NCBI RefSeq assembly: GCF_000281045.1
Contig: NW_008246111.1
Span: forward strand, 428,569-492,568
Length of the DNA stretch: 64,000 nucleotides
Reading direction: 5' to 3'
From: Saprolegnia diclina VS20
Taxonomy: Eukaryota
Every line of letters begins with the position of its first letter. Positions within the stretch are counted from its first letter, which is position 1. Both the position numbers and the translations under genes were made by a program. This document shows positions 34,207-46,757 of this stretch, in pieces. The notes beneath the pieces were generated by a model. The model was not told where the DNA came from and searched no databases. It worked only from the letters and a program-made list of their open reading frames with translations.

Positions 34207-36248
34207 CTACATGATGGAGCAGCTGCACGCGGCGCTCTTCTCGGCGGCCTTGTTCAAGGACGGCGTCGGGCCGTTGATCGAGCGCGTCGGCGCGTTGTCG
34301 TAGCCGGCGACGACGCCACGGGGCTTGGCCTCAATGCCGCGCGACTTGACTTCAATACCGCGAGCCTTGGCTTCGACCTGGACAGCCTCCTTGACGGCCT
34401 CGACCTTGGCCTCGACCTTGGCTTCGACCTTGGCTTCGACCTTGGCTTCGACCTTGGCCTCCGTAGGCTTGGCGGTCTCCGCCTTGACCTCCGTGGGCTT
34501 AGCGACTTCGACAGTCTTGGGCGCCTCGGTGGCAGCAGCCACAACGGCAATACCAGCAATGGCGGCGACACCAACGGCAGCGGCCGCAGCGACAGCGATA
34601 TCGTCCGACTTGGTGACTTCGGCAACAACCGTCTTCGTTTCAGCCTGGATGGCCTCGACAGGCGCAGCAACCGGAGCCTGCTCGACAACCACGGGGGCAG
34701 CGACCTCGACAGCCGGGGCAGCGACCTCGACGACCGGGGCAGCGACCTCGACGACCGGGGCAGCGACCTCGACGACCGGGGCAGCGACCTCGACGACCGG
34801 GGCAGCGACCTCGACGACGGCGTCAACAGCAGAGGCCTCAGCCTCCACAACTTGGGCCTCGACTTCGGCGACGACGACGACGGGTTCCTCAGTGATCGGT
34901 TGATCGACAACGATGGGTTCCTCCGATACGGGCTCGTCCACGAGCACGGGCTCTTCGCCAGCGACCGGCGCTTCATCTTCAACGGCGGCTTCGACAATGG
35001 GCTCTTCGGTGGCGACAACGGCTTCTTCCTCAACCGCAGTCTCCTCAGCGGCAACTTCTTCGACGACGACACCCTCTTCCTCCGAAGAGCCAGCCTCTTC
35101 AACGATGACGCCTTCCTCTTCGGACGAGGTAGTCGCTTCGACAACGACAGCCTCCTCGACAGCGGCTTCTTCGACGACAGCCTCCTCGGTAGTGGCTTCT
35201 TCCACGAAGACAGCCTCTTCGACGGCAGCCTCTTCGACGACAACTTCTTCCTCGACGGCAGCTTCTTCTACGACGGCGGCTTCCTCGACGGCAGCTTCCT
35301 CGACGGCAGCTTCCTCGACGGCAGCTTCCTCGACGGCAGCTTCCTCGACAGCGGCTTCCTCGACAGCGGCTTCCTCGACGGCAGCCTCTTCCTCGACGAC
35401 AGCTTCTTCCTCGANNNNNNNNNNNNNNNNNNNNNNNNNNNNNNNNNNNNNNNNNNNNNNNNNNNNNNNNNNNNNNNNNNNNNNNNNNNNNNNNNNNNNN
35501 NNNNNNNNNNNNNNNNNNNNNNNNNNNNNNNNNNNNNNNNNNNNNNNNNNNNNNNNNNNNNNNNNNNNNNNNNNNNNNNNNNNNNNNNNNNNNNNNNNNN
35601 NNNNNNNNNNNNNNNNNNNNNNNNNNNNNNNNNNNNNNNNNNNNNNNNNNNNNNNNNNNNNNNNNNNNNNNNNNNNNNNNNNNNNNNNNNNNNNNNNNNN
35701 NNNNNNNNNNNNNNNNNNNNNNNNNNNNNNNNNNNNNNNNNNNNNNNNNNNNNNNNNNNNNNNNNNNNNNNNNNNNNNNNNNNNNNNNNNNNNNNNNNNN
35801 NNNNNNNNNNNNNNNNNNNNNNNNNNNNNNNNNNNNNNNNNNNNNNNNNNNNNNNNNNNNNNNNNNNNNNNNNNNNNNNNNNNNNNNNNNNNNNNNNNNN
35901 NNNNNNNNNNNNNNNNNNNNNNNNNNNNNNNNNNNNNNNNATCTTGGCGTCGACTTGCACGACGACTTCGTCTTCCTGGTTGGTGTCCATTTTAGGCGAC
36001 GGCGGGGAAATCACAGAATGCTTCTTGAGGAGCTTGGCGACTACGGGAGGATATCACTCGTCAGCTGCGCCGGTCTTTTTCACATCCACTCAAATATACA
36101 CCAAAGTCGTACCCCGCTTTTCGCCCACCTGCCAGTCGTTGGCTTCCTTGACGGTCGCCGCGATGCGCTTGGCGCCAAACTCGGGGTTCTCCGCGAGCAC
36201 TTGCTGCACGGCCGCGATGAGTTCGGCTTCGTCCGGGATGGTGCTCAT
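34207..36248 (-). CDS. Acidic Glu/Ala/Val-rich tandem-repeat protein with small N-terminal helical (winged-helix-like) domain and C-terminal CaaX (CSCSIM); spans N-gap
   Basis: Exon 1 is 36248-36113 and the intron 36112-36041 (GT..AG) joins it in frame to VAKLLKKHSVISPPSPKMDTNQED. After the gap come EEAAV, VVEVAAP and VEAK repeats, ending ACSCSIM-stop. Continuity across the gap is inferred. Confidence 0.75.
34397..34460. repeat. Coding 12-nt tandem repeat x~5 (VEAK)
   Basis: (C/T)TCGACCTTGGC tandem copies. Confidence 0.85.
34694..34818. repeat. Coding minisatellite, 21-nt unit x6 (VVEVAAP)
   Basis: GGGGCAGCGACCTCGACGACC tandem copies, nearly perfect. Confidence 0.9.
35270..35413. repeat. 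Coding 15-nt tandem repeat (EEAAV) running into assembly gap
   Basis: TTCCTCGACGGCAGC tandem copies up to the N-run. Confidence 0.85.
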
Positions 36249-38073
36249 GCTGCTGTATCGACTTCGTAACGAGGGGTGAGTCGCGATTTGAGGCGGTGTG
36301 GTTGGCGCCCCCGAACTGACTGGGCGCGCATTGTATTGAACCCACGGCCAATCGCGCGGTGGACGGGCCCGTGACTCACGGGTGCGCCTCAACGTTGTCG
36401 ACCCCACACTTGCACTTTGTATGCACTCCCGCGGCTTCGAACTTCGTCCCCACCAGCTGGCGCCCAAGCGAGCGTCTTTTATGTGCGAACTTCGCCGCTG
36501 CAAAAACCGGTCCATTGAATTTATTTGCCACTACCACTCAAGCTTGTCCTCTAACGTCCACCTCGCTGCGATGGCCCGGCGTTTGTAGGGAGGCGGGCGT
36601 GGATGCGGGTACACGGAATAGCACGTGCGGTGGTCGCGACTGAGAACAGAGCTGAGCGTACTTGCGATGGATACTTCAAGGCGTCCTACCAAGATTTTAA
36701 ATCCGAGTCGCTGTCACGCGTACAGTGTAGAGGCACTGCATACAAAGCCGCCCATGTATTCAGCTGACCAGTGCCGCCGACCAACCCTTTGGAATTCGGC
36801 AAGCAAGTGCTCAGCTGCTTGCCGCCCTCTCCAGGTGCAAGGCAAACTTCGTAGTGTCCCTTGGCGATCTCTTTGTGGGAAACGCTGGAGCTTGCCACGG
36901 CTGAAATGCGAGCGAGGTGGCGGCCAACACTGGAGAGCTGAGATGGCCGCGAAAGCAATGCGCTCAGCCATCTGGCGTATGAAGAAAGGCCGAATTTCAC
37001 GCCGTGAAAAACGATGTGAGAAATTATACATCACTTCGAGGGCGTGCACCAACGTGGCCAGTCAGTTGGCCTGTCTGTCACGGCCTCGCGATCAGCTCCC
37101 CACGACCAGCAATTTGGCTGCGCTGGGTGTCTTTTCCGTTGCGAGTAGGATTCGTGTACCGGTACGGTACGGAGGGGCCGTCGCGCGGCGNNNNNNNNNN
37201 NNNNNNNNNNNNNNNNNNNNNNNNNNNNNNNNNNNNNNNNNNNNNNNNNNNNNNNNNNNNNNNNNNNNNNNNNNNNNNNNNNNNNNNNNNNNNNNNNNNN
37301 NNNNNNNNNNNNNNNNNNNNNNNNNNNNNNNNNNNNNNNNNNNNNNNNNNNNNNNNNNNNNNNNNNNNNNNNNNNNNNNNNNNNNNNNNNNNNNNNNNNN
37401 NNNNNNNNNNNNNNNNNNNNNNNNNNNNNNNNNNNNNNNNNNNNNNNNNNNNNNNNNNNNNNNNNNNNNNNNNNNNNNNNNNNNNNNNNNNNNNNNNNNN
37501 NNNNNNNNNNNNNNNNNNNNNNNNNNNNNNNNNNNNNNNNNNNNNNNNNNNNNNNNNNNNNNNNNNNNNNNNNNNNNNNNNNNNNNNNNNNNNNNNNNNN
37601 NNNNNNNNNNNNNNNNNNNNNNNNNNNNNNNNNNNNNNNNNNNNNNNNNNNNNNNNNNNNNNNNNNNNNNNNNNNNNNNNNNNNNNNNNNNNNNNNNNNN
37701 NNNNNNNNNNNNNNNNNNNNNNNNNNNNNNNNNNNNNNNNNNNNNNNNNNNNNNNNNNNNNNNNNNNNNNNNNNNNNNNNNNNNNNNNNNNNNNNNNNNN
37801 NNNNNNNNNNNNNNNNNNNNNNNNNNNNNNNNNNNNNNNNNNNNNNNNNNNNNNNNNNNNNNNNNNNNNNNNNNNNNNNNNNNNNNNNNNNNNNNNNNNN
37901 NNNNNNNNNNNNNNNNNNNNNNNNNNNNNNNNNNNNNNNNNNNNNNNNNNNNNNNNNNNNNNNNNNNNNNNNNNNNNNNNNNNNNNNNNNNNNNNNNNNN
38001 NNNNNNNNNNNNNNNNNNNNNNNNNNNNNNNNNNNNNNNNNNNNNNNNNNNNNNNNNNNNNNNNNNNNNCTGA

Positions 38074-38151
38074 TGACACAAGTGGGATTTGAACCCACGC
38101 CCGAAGACTGGAGCCTAAATCCAGCGCCTTAGACCACTCGGCCATTGTGTC
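38074..38151 (-). tRNA. trnL-UAG: tRNA-Leu (anticodon UAG)
   Basis: Reverse complement GACACAATGGCCGAGTGGTCTAAGGCGCTGGATTTAGGCTCCAGTCTTCGGGCGTGGGTTCAAATCCCACTTGTGTCA. Acceptor stem GACACAA/TTGTGTC, A-box, CTGGA-TTTAGGC-TCCAG anticodon arm, variable arm and GGTTCAAATCC B-box. Confidence 0.95.
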
Positions 38152-38406
38152 ATTTCCATGTCTCATACCTCTTTTTTGAATATCTAACAGGTAAAAATTA
38201 TCTGGTGGAATGTTTTTCACGTTTGATGTTTCCCTTTTTCCCTTGCATCTTCGTCGATGTAAGTTCAACAAATAAATTTGTATCGCCAATTCGTGTTTGC
38301 AAGCAAAGCTGGTTTTTTTGTCCGCATCGTTAATTCCGGGGCTGCGCGAACTGTTGTGTATTGTATTGAATTGATAGCCAAGTATATGAAAGCATGCAAG
38401 GGACGC

Positions 38407-41400
38407 TTATTTGCCGAGTGCAAACATGGATTCGTCGAGCGGGCTCGGTACGGCGGGCGGAGCCGGTCGCTCTGTCCTACGACACAGATACATCTCGTCT
38501 GATCCCACACTGTGGTGCACGACAGCAAACCCTTGGTTGTTGCTTTGCTCGGGTGGCTCAACATCGTCCATCTCTGGGCCCACGGGAAGCTCGTTGACTT
38601 CCGCACGGACTTTGTGGAGCCATGTTTCTTTGAGTTTGAGCATCTCCTTGTCGATGCGCTGGAGGTCGTGCTTGTACTCGCGGACTTGAGCCTTGTACAT
38701 TTCGAGCTCGTTCTCCATATCTAGTCGCAGGTGATTTGTCTCTTGTCGTCACGAGGAATATGTGTACTTTTCATCTGAGCTTGCTTCTTCTTGAGGTTGT
38801 CTTGATAGACCAGTAGCTGCTCGGCGACTTCGGGTCCTGGCTGGCGCGCCAGCACGTTCTTGAGCTCAACATACAGCTTTTCTTTCTCGACAATGAGCAA
38901 ATCTAGACACAACGCATGAGTGCCAAGCCACATTTGGACAACGCACCCTTCATGCACGCCTCCTCGGACTTTTTTATGAGTTTTTTCTGCAGCACTTGAA
39001 TTTTGCGGATCTACATCAGACGTGACAAACCAACCTCTCAACTCGATAGTACGCACCATGTCGAAACGCTTGGGGTCGCTGCCTTCGAGCTTGCGCCACC
39101 GGTGCACGTTCATGGGGTGATCCAACTCCTACAATTGGATTCGAGAGAAGGTAAAATAGAGCGTCGTGGACCTCTGAGAGGGCTTTGATCTTGGTGCGTT
39201 CTTGAAGCAAGTCGCGTTCGAGGCGAAGTAGTTCGCTCTTGAGGTCGCTACAAGACATTTGTCTAATTACCGGCACCCATGCTTTATCGTACCCGGTGCA
39301 CGAGATTTGCTCTTCTGTCTTTTTGTGCTCCGCCATGAGGTCCAAGACGCGCGTCTCCAGTGCGCGAACTTCTTTTACGCGCTCGGCGTACTGAACCTGA
39401 CCAATGTTGAGCGTGGACTTTTGGATCTTAATCTTTTCATAGAGCGACTTGAGCTCCTCACTAAACGTGAACGTAAATGGATGTGGAACTAATGAGGACA
39501 GACGTACTTGCGCAGAATGAGCTGTGCGCGAAGGTTGTCGCGGTCGTTGATGACGGCGTTGTACTCTTTGAGCTGGCGCTGGCGCTCGTCGTCGGCCTCT
39601 TGGATAATTGAGGCCAATTTGGAGATCTCTTGCTCCTACATCCATGAAATTCAGTTCCAGTGTCAAGGAACCATGGCTTGTGAAGAGTACCTGATTCGTG
39701 ATGATTTGCTCGGAGCTCTGAATTTGCTTCTTGATGCGAGTGAGCTCGGCTTTGAGGGTTTCTTTGTCCTACGCACTTCCGTTCATACCGCCGATAATGT
39801 GGAGAATAAGAACGCACTTTGTCCACTTTGTGGTGGTCAAAGTGCTCCTTCACGAGGGAATGGTCTTTTGTCGTGATTTCTTCCTTGAGCTGCTCGATTT
39901 GGTGGTTCATGATTTTGAATTTGCGCTTCATGTCGGCGATTTCTTCTTGCGACTCGATGAGGCTCTTGCTGTACAGGTTCCGGTCGCTGCGCACGGCTTC
40001 GTACAGATTTTGCTGCTGCTTGAGCCGCGCCTCGCCCTCGTTGATCTTGTCTTGGAGCGATACGACCTATCCGAGTGTGACGATCTTACATCGATGTCAT
40101 CGCCTACTTGAAGGTCCTGCAGCTTGGCCTCCTCAAGGGCGGTGCGATACTTTTTGTTGGCGGCTTCTGCTTCTTTGTCGTACCGATCACGGTCCGTCAC
40201 GAGCTGCTGGATCATGTCCCTAAATCGGAGTTTGCAAGTTTCAAGACTAGTTAGCATTGGGTGTACCGTTGTTTCTTGACGCTTTGCCGGTACCCACTGA
40301 TTTCATTTTCGAGATTTTTCATCGTGTTCTCCTGAATCTTGATGAGGTCTTGCGTGCCTTGGGATGTGTCGGCGGCGCGAACAAGCATCTTATTCACGAG
40401 CTCGCGCTGTCGAATGAGATCGTCGAGCGTCTTTCGAACGGCTTCGCCTTGCTTGCGCTCGACCTCCATCGTCACGTTCTCAAGCTCGTTCAACGTGAGC
40501 TTACAAGCGTCGCGCTTTGTGTCGACCTTGGCTACACATCCAAGCCTTCCATGTGTTGCTGGGGTTGTTGCAAACACAACCTTTGGCGGCGTTGACGTCG
40601 GCGATCTTTTCCTTTGTAAGCTCGACAAGCGCTTCGATCTTGGTGCATTCGGCCACGAGCTTGGCGATCGCGTCCTCCTTGGTCGCCACCTCGGTCTCCA
40701 TGTGGTTGTTCATGGTCAAGATTTCTTGGTTTCTAAGGGCAACAGATAGATGCTACCGCGGCGAACGACATCGTACTTTTGCCACTGAGTCTCCATGGCT
40801 TCGGTGAACTGGTGCGTCGTGCGGTACAGAACATCGTACTGCTTGAGGTACTTTTCCATCCGAGCCTTGGATTCGCGCAGCTGCGTTTCTTTCTAGGCGA
40901 CGCTATGGATTCGTTGCAGCTTATAGTGTCGTCGTACTTGTTTCAACACGGCTTCGCCAGCCTTGACCTGGTCCACCTTGCTTTTGTGCTCGGCGTTGAG
41001 AAGCTCGGCTTCCGACTTGAGAGCTTTGAGCTGCTTCTCCAGCACCAACTTGCGCCTGGTCTCCTTCTCGGCCGAGCTCTTGCGCTCTGCGACGTCCTGG
41101 TTGGCGCGTGCGACGGCCTCGTCCAGACGGAATTGCTCCTCCTCGGCCTCGGTCACGAGCGCGTGGAGTGCGTTCACCTGCATCCGCACTTGCTGGAGCT
41201 CGGTCGTCTTGGTGTCCACCTCGCGGGCACCGTCGGCCCGCTGCCGCTTGAGCTTGGCCATCGCCTCTTCCTGCGCTTCGCTCCAGCCAGATCCATTCTT
41301 GAGCTCCTCCTCGAGCATCGCAATACTCGTCCGCAGCTCGTTGAGCTTTGCCTGCTTCTCGGTTTCGATCTTGTGCGAATTGGCGACCTGGCCCCACATG

Positions 41401-41717
41401 ACTTCGATCTCGACCTGGACCTTCTTCTTGTAGTTGTACGCCTCGAGCTCCTCCTCCTTGTCCCGCGCGTACTTGTCTTGGTTGGTCCCAATCTCGTGCA
41501 CAATCTCCCGCGTCCGGCGCACGAGGCGCTGTTCACTCTCCTGCGACTTGGTGAGCGCGTTGAGCATCTTCTCAACCTCCTGGCGGAAGAGGCCCATCTC
41601 GTCTGGCAACGTCGGCACGAGAGCCTGAATCTCCTGGCTGTAGCGCAGCGCGGCCTCGGTCACGACCGGGTCCTGTCCCGGCAAGAGCGAGCTCGTCGTT
41701 GCTCCCGCGTCGGCCAT
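38407..41717 (-). CDS. CFAP58: Cilia- and flagella-associated protein 58 (CCDC147), coiled-coil; multi-exon
   Basis: LYEAVRSDRNLYSKSLIESQEEI..MKRKFKIMNHQIEQLKEEI, LYEKIKIQKSTL, PMNVHRWRKLEGSDP, EKEKLYVELKNVLARQPGPEVAEQL, ELEMYKAQVREYK. Confidence 0.88.
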
Positions 41718-41916
41718 CGTCGGTCTTGAATCGACTGGGAGGTTTCACGCCAACGGTCTTCTCAACCGCCTTTTCAATTGATGCGCCCTTGGTGTCCAGC
41801 GTGCAAGGCTCAACTCGCGTTTAGTTAGTCATTCGCCGAGGGCATAAGGACGATGAAAAAAGAGTTTGTATATAATTTGCCGTGCCTGGACGTATCCACG
41901 TTGCATCTACGTCGCT

Positions 41917-42621
41917 TTAAATCTTAGCCTTGGCCTTCATCGTTCGGCTGTTCACAACGGGCTTGAGGAGCGCCTTGTTGTAGTTCGCACGCTCGCGGTG
42001 GGGCGCCGAGCGGAGCTCAATGAACTTGGCGATCGAGTCGGACACGGGTGCTGCTTCTTCTTCCTTTACCAGCCCACCAACGGTCAGTACAAGAGACGAA
42101 GGTATTCTATGTACGTACGAGACTCGCGACCGTCGTAACTTCGATGTTGCCAAAGCGGCGGGTGTGCGAGTTCTTCTTGGTCTTTTTGGACTTCTTGGGT
42201 TGTACGACCGCTTCCTCTTCCTGCTTTCCGTCCGCGTCGACATTGGGCTCGTCTTGCGCAGCGGCGACCTGAGAGATACAGGGATGAGCATTGCACACTC
42301 TAGGATCTCGGCGCGCTTACAGCAGCGAGGATGTCGTCGGGCAAGGCTTCAATCACGGTCTCCTCCTTCTTCTTGGGCTGACTAGAACGTCGATTCGTCA
42401 AGTACTATTACAAGAAACAAGCGACGTACCGCTTGCGCTTGAGCGCCGCGGTGGCCTTGGCCGAGGCGCGTGCTTGCTTTTCAGATGCACGGGACTCGAT
42501 GGCCTGCGCAAGAAAGACGTGTCGTTAGCACCAGTGCTTGAGAGCCACGTGGCATATCTACCTGGGTCTTGGCCATGGCCATGGAGACCTGCTCCGGAGC
42601 TTCATCATCCGACGACGACAT
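41917..42621 (-). CDS. Small charged protein, possibly NOL7/Bud21 (U3 snoRNA-associated)-like; multi-exon
   Basis: Spliced MSSSDDEAPEQVS..KRKR..ALPDDILAA..Lys-rich. The SDDEAPE and LPxxIL motifs recall NOL7/Bud21. Confidence 0.5.
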
Positions 42622-43580
42622 GGCGCTTGAGCGGCAAATGCAATCTTAGCTCAGGCCCTCACCAATCATTATCCGGCGTATTTTAATTTCCCACATCCTT
42701 GGCAATTTAGCTTGGTAAATGTATGCTTTCCAAACCATACAATATATTATTGCCGGCATTATAGCCAATCAAAGGCACCACGAAGAGTCACGAGCGCGCC
42801 AGTGGACGGAGCCTCTTGTGTACAAGGGCAGCAAGGGACTACCGGTAAAATAACTGTTCCGTTGACAAGCGGGCTCGTCTGGCATGTGACGAGGCTCTCG
42901 ATGGACAAATCAAAGTGGACATTGGTGTCGAGCTCAAGAGATACCCTGACGTTGTGCACCTCGCAGCGACTACCAGTGCACTCGAAAGCAAGTCGCTCGA
43001 GGAACATGCAGAGGAGTCCGCGGTGGCGGTAGTACGAAGTACCGGTAGTTTGCACCACGAGTATTTTATGTGTACTCTTGTTTGCACGTTCGCGGAGCTC
43101 CAATAGCTCAAAGGACTGCTATCAAAGTGCAGCAACTATATCTCTTCGCAGGCGTGACGATATTGGCCATTCAACGGTACTGTAGCCGGGCTATCAGCAC
43201 ACACCTCGGTGTAATCATTCGCGCCAAGAGTGGCTACTCTGCAGGATGGACTCAGAGGCATGTGGGAGATCGCAGACGACGCGCTTGTCTTCAACGCGTC
43301 AAGTGCGTTCCACGGAGCTCAGTCGTCCAGACGTATCAGGCGCTCCGGAGAGAAACGGTTGAAATACTGCGCCAGGGTGTCAAGGGCGGTGGTGGCCTCG
43401 TCGACTCTCGGGCTCCGAGAGTCGTTCGTTCCTGCGCTGCGACTCGACGTATTGAGGCGACAACGTGGTCCAAGTGTATGTGATGGTAATTTCTTAACCC
43501 CTGCAAAAAAGGTGTCCACACTAAGAGCCGTCGTGCGTCGCATCCTTCCTCGTTCGTTCCATGGTGCATTCCTACAAAGC

Positions 43581-43988
43581 TTACTCGGCTTCTTCGGCGC
43601 GGACACGGGCGTTGGGGTTCGTGACACGGATGTTGAGCTGCTCAGCGCGCGTCAAGATGTCCTTGCGCTTGCGGCCCGAGACGTTGTGGGCGATCTCGGC
43701 GCAGTACTTGCGGTTGTGCATGAGGAGCATGTCCAACTCGGCGACGTTCTTGACCGTGAACTTGTAGAAGCCGTTGGGCAACAAGTGCTTGGTCTTCGAG
43801 TTCGAGCCGTAGCCGACGTTGGGCATGCGGATCGCGCCCTTGAAGCGGCGACGGACACGGCCATCAATACCCTTGGGCTTGCGCCACGACTCGGCCACGC
43901 GCTTGAAGCGGTTCGACTGGTGGCGCTTGAACTTGGTGATCTTCTTCTTGATGATCGGGCGCTTCACGACGGGGGTCACTTGAACCAT
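43581..43988 (-). CDS. RPL32: 60S ribosomal protein L32 (eL32)
   Basis: [45 protein letters not shown]; 135 aa. Confidence 0.98.
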   Translation of the reverse strand: MVQVTPVVKRPIIKKKITKFKRHQSNRFKRVAESWRKPKGIDGRVRRRFKGAIRMPNVGYGSNSKTKHLLPNGFYKFTVKNVAELDMLLMHNRKYCAEIAHNVSGRKRKDILTRAEQLNIRVTNPNARVRAEEAE

Positions 43989-44597
43989 GGTAGTGTCTAC
44001 TTGCAGATGGCCCTGAGCGCCGGCCCATCTCAGAGCTCACTTTACCTTTTCTTGGGGGCGGAAGAAAAAAATGAACTCGACTGTGCACCGGGCGCCAACA
44101 TGCCATGCACCAACCATTAAACACCACATGCTTGCGAACCAGTGAAACCCGGCGCGCCTTTTTGGCCAATGAGATGCGCGATGCATTTTATCACCGCCGT
44201 TTTATTGGCCCCCCGCTCGGCGTACATACAAACATCCAATACAACCATTAAATGACGGCGTCAAATGACTTGCGTATTTAATTGAGGCACCGTCCCGGGC
44301 TCGCCGCCGCCGAGCGACCAGAGGCCATCTGCTGCGACCACCGATGGATGGCGGCGGCAACGCTCCAGGCCGTAAGCTGCATGCCACTAGCGCAAGAGAC
44401 CTCGCCGCAGCACTCGACGGCGCCAGCGAACGCGTGCATGGCTGCCCAAGGAGGGCGTGCCCACGCCGTCCCATTGTGCAATGACGCAGCCGAGCATCGC
44501 ATACGACCGCCGCGCTGCAAGCCCTTGTACGTGGCATGACATGACTAGTGCGTGTGTGTATTGCGTCTACTTGTGGTTAAAATCATGTCGGGTCGAT

Positions 44598-46757
44598 CTA
44601 CGGCCCTTCGGGCGTCTCCGTCTCGTCGGGCACGAGCAGCCACGCCTCGTGCGCATATTGGAGGATCGACGGCTCGAGGTCGCCAAAAGCAAAGTCCTTG
44701 AGCGGCGTGAGAAGGAACGTCGGCTCGTACGCAGTGTCCTTGCCGAAACAGCTACACCATGATGCGCACGACGTCGAGCGATAGGATCGCGTACCGCTTA
44801 AAGTCGGGAAACACTTCGCCGCCGTTGGCACCGCGCACGTCGTACGCCTCGTCGGCCACGGGCAGCCGGAACTGCTGAATGTGGTCCCCTGCCAACGCCT
44901 GTCGTGAGCATGATATCGGTCAAGTCACTCGTACAGATGAGCGGCGCGTCCGGCGAGCCCGTGAGCTTGTACGTGTTGCGGTGGAGAAACACAATGTTGC
45001 CTTGGGGGTCGTGCTGCACCATCGTGTGCCCGCAAAAGAGATCGTAGCTACAAAGTATATGTCGGGACTGCCGCGCGTTGGCTCACGTACGTGATGTGCT
45101 TGACGCCGGCCGACCCCGGGGGCTTTTGGATCATGTGGAAAGGCTGGTTGGCCCGCAACCTGGGGCAAAGCGTTGGGCGATGAGAATATCGGTCGCTCGA
45201 TCGTACCACGCAAACCGGAAGAGGTCCTTGTCGCCCCACGCCATGTCAAAGAGCTCGATCAAGCGCGGCTCGTGAAAGCTGTAAAACATGAGGTTGCGCA
45301 GCGGCTCGGCGCTCTTCTACTTGGGCACGTCGACCTCGTCGTAAGGAGGTCGCAGAGAACGGACCGTGCGGTCGACGAGCACTTGACCCGACTCTTGCTC
45401 AAACATGTCGACGAACGGCACGCCGAGGAGCTCCCAGAGCACCGAGTTGTTGTGAATGTTGAAAATCGTCTTGCGCATGCTCCAAAAGTCGGGCCAAAAC
45501 ATGGCGCCTACGCTGCTTTGACGCCTTGGGCGCGCCAAAGGGCAGCGTGTGTACCGGTTTCCTTGAATTCGGGCGAGTCAAAGAGGTACGTCGGGTCCAC
45601 CGCCACAAAGTTGTCGCAGTCGAGCAAGAGCACTTGGTCAAATGCACTGCAAGAGGAAGGTGGGCCTGTGCCTGTCCGACTTGGTTTACCTGTGGTAGAC
45701 GGCGTACGGCTTGACGTAAAAATGAGTTGCAGCCTCGTCGCGGATCTCGCGCACAAAGCAGTTGTACTACGTGGACATGGCACGGCGCTCGCGAGAGACA
45801 CATGCGTACCTTGTCGGTGAGGAGCTTGAGCACAGGGTGGTCGAGCTTCATTTCGTCGAGGCGGATCCAGAGCTCGACAGGCAGTGTGCACCCCGTGTCC
45901 CGAAGCTGCACTGCGATGAGCCATCGAAATACGGATGGCAACGTGTGGTACCCGGCGAATCGCAGCATACGCGCTTTTCATAACCTTGGGGTACACGGCC
46001 ATGACCACGCCACGCGTCAGGTCGAAGCGCTTCTTGATCGACTCTTTCACGGGCACTTGAAATAGTCGCACCTTGTACGTCAATGGCATATCGGCATACG
46101 TTAAAAAGTCCCTGGACAATGTCAGCATCCAAGGTCGAGCACAAGCAACATACCCTGTCTGCGAGCACGTAAAGTGAGATCCGTACTTCATGCCATCGCA
46201 CGTGCTCTGGAAGCTGCGCACGACTTGACCGGACGGGCGGTGGATGGATTCGCAGTAGCCCGACGTGCCTGGACATACAATGCATCGAGGACACCTCGCC
46301 TATCGCTACGGACCTGCTTCAATCTTGGCGTCGCATGGCTTGTCTTCGTTCATTTCGCGCGGACCATCGGGCGAGCAGCCGCCTAGCATGGGCTCGTCAG
46401 CATGGCACATGTATGGTTTGCAGAGCGTCAGACCTGTCTGTCGCCAGCCCAAGCACTCGTAGTCGGTCTTGGTGCTGTTGGCTCGCCAGTACGGTGCGGG
46501 CGACAGTGTCATACGGTTCTGCGGCTGCATCATCGTCGGCGATATCTGCTTCTACAACGGCATGATGAGCCATTGGCATGTGGCTGGTTGTCGCGGACCT
46601 GGAAGCGAGCGCGGTTGAGCACATCGGCGAAGTAGGACTTGGAGCTGCGGATCGTCGTCGCCGGCGTGCCTGTGAAGGTCACGACGAGCAAGCACCAGCA
46701 GCAGAGCGAGACGACGATCGCGAGGAAGAAGGGGATTTTCAGGTGCCGCAGTCGCAT
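44598..46757 (-). CDS. GT71 (Mannosyl_trans3, MNN-like) alpha-mannosyltransferase, type II membrane; multi-exon
   Basis: N-terminal TM IPFFLAIVVSLCCWCLLVV; RGVVM, LRDTGCTLPVELW, VLLLDCDN (DxD), DPTYLFDSPEFKETG/AMFWPDFW, EQESGQVLVD, WGDKDLFR, MVQHDPQG..FLHRN. Confidence 0.85.

Noticed and set aside
34694..34818. Direct repeats as a possible CRISPR array
   Set aside because: Contiguous in-frame coding repeats with no spacers, no cas genes, and a eukaryotic context.
34254..35995. Ser/Thr-rich mucin-like and DGSFL-repeat ORFs
   Set aside because: Other frames of the tandem repeats in the acidic CaaX gene, which has a spliced start and a meaningful C-terminus.
36090..36248. IS3-like HTH as evidence of an insertion sequence
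   Set aside because: No DDE integrase, terminal inverted repeats or target duplication; it splices into a host gene.
36625..38289. Long ORFs crossing the N-gap
   Set aside because: Artefacts of translating Ns; the flanks show no recognisable protein.
42712..43483. Short + strand ORF pieces between the NOL7-like gene and RPL32
   Set aside because: No consistent start, splice chain or domain; cannot support a gene call.
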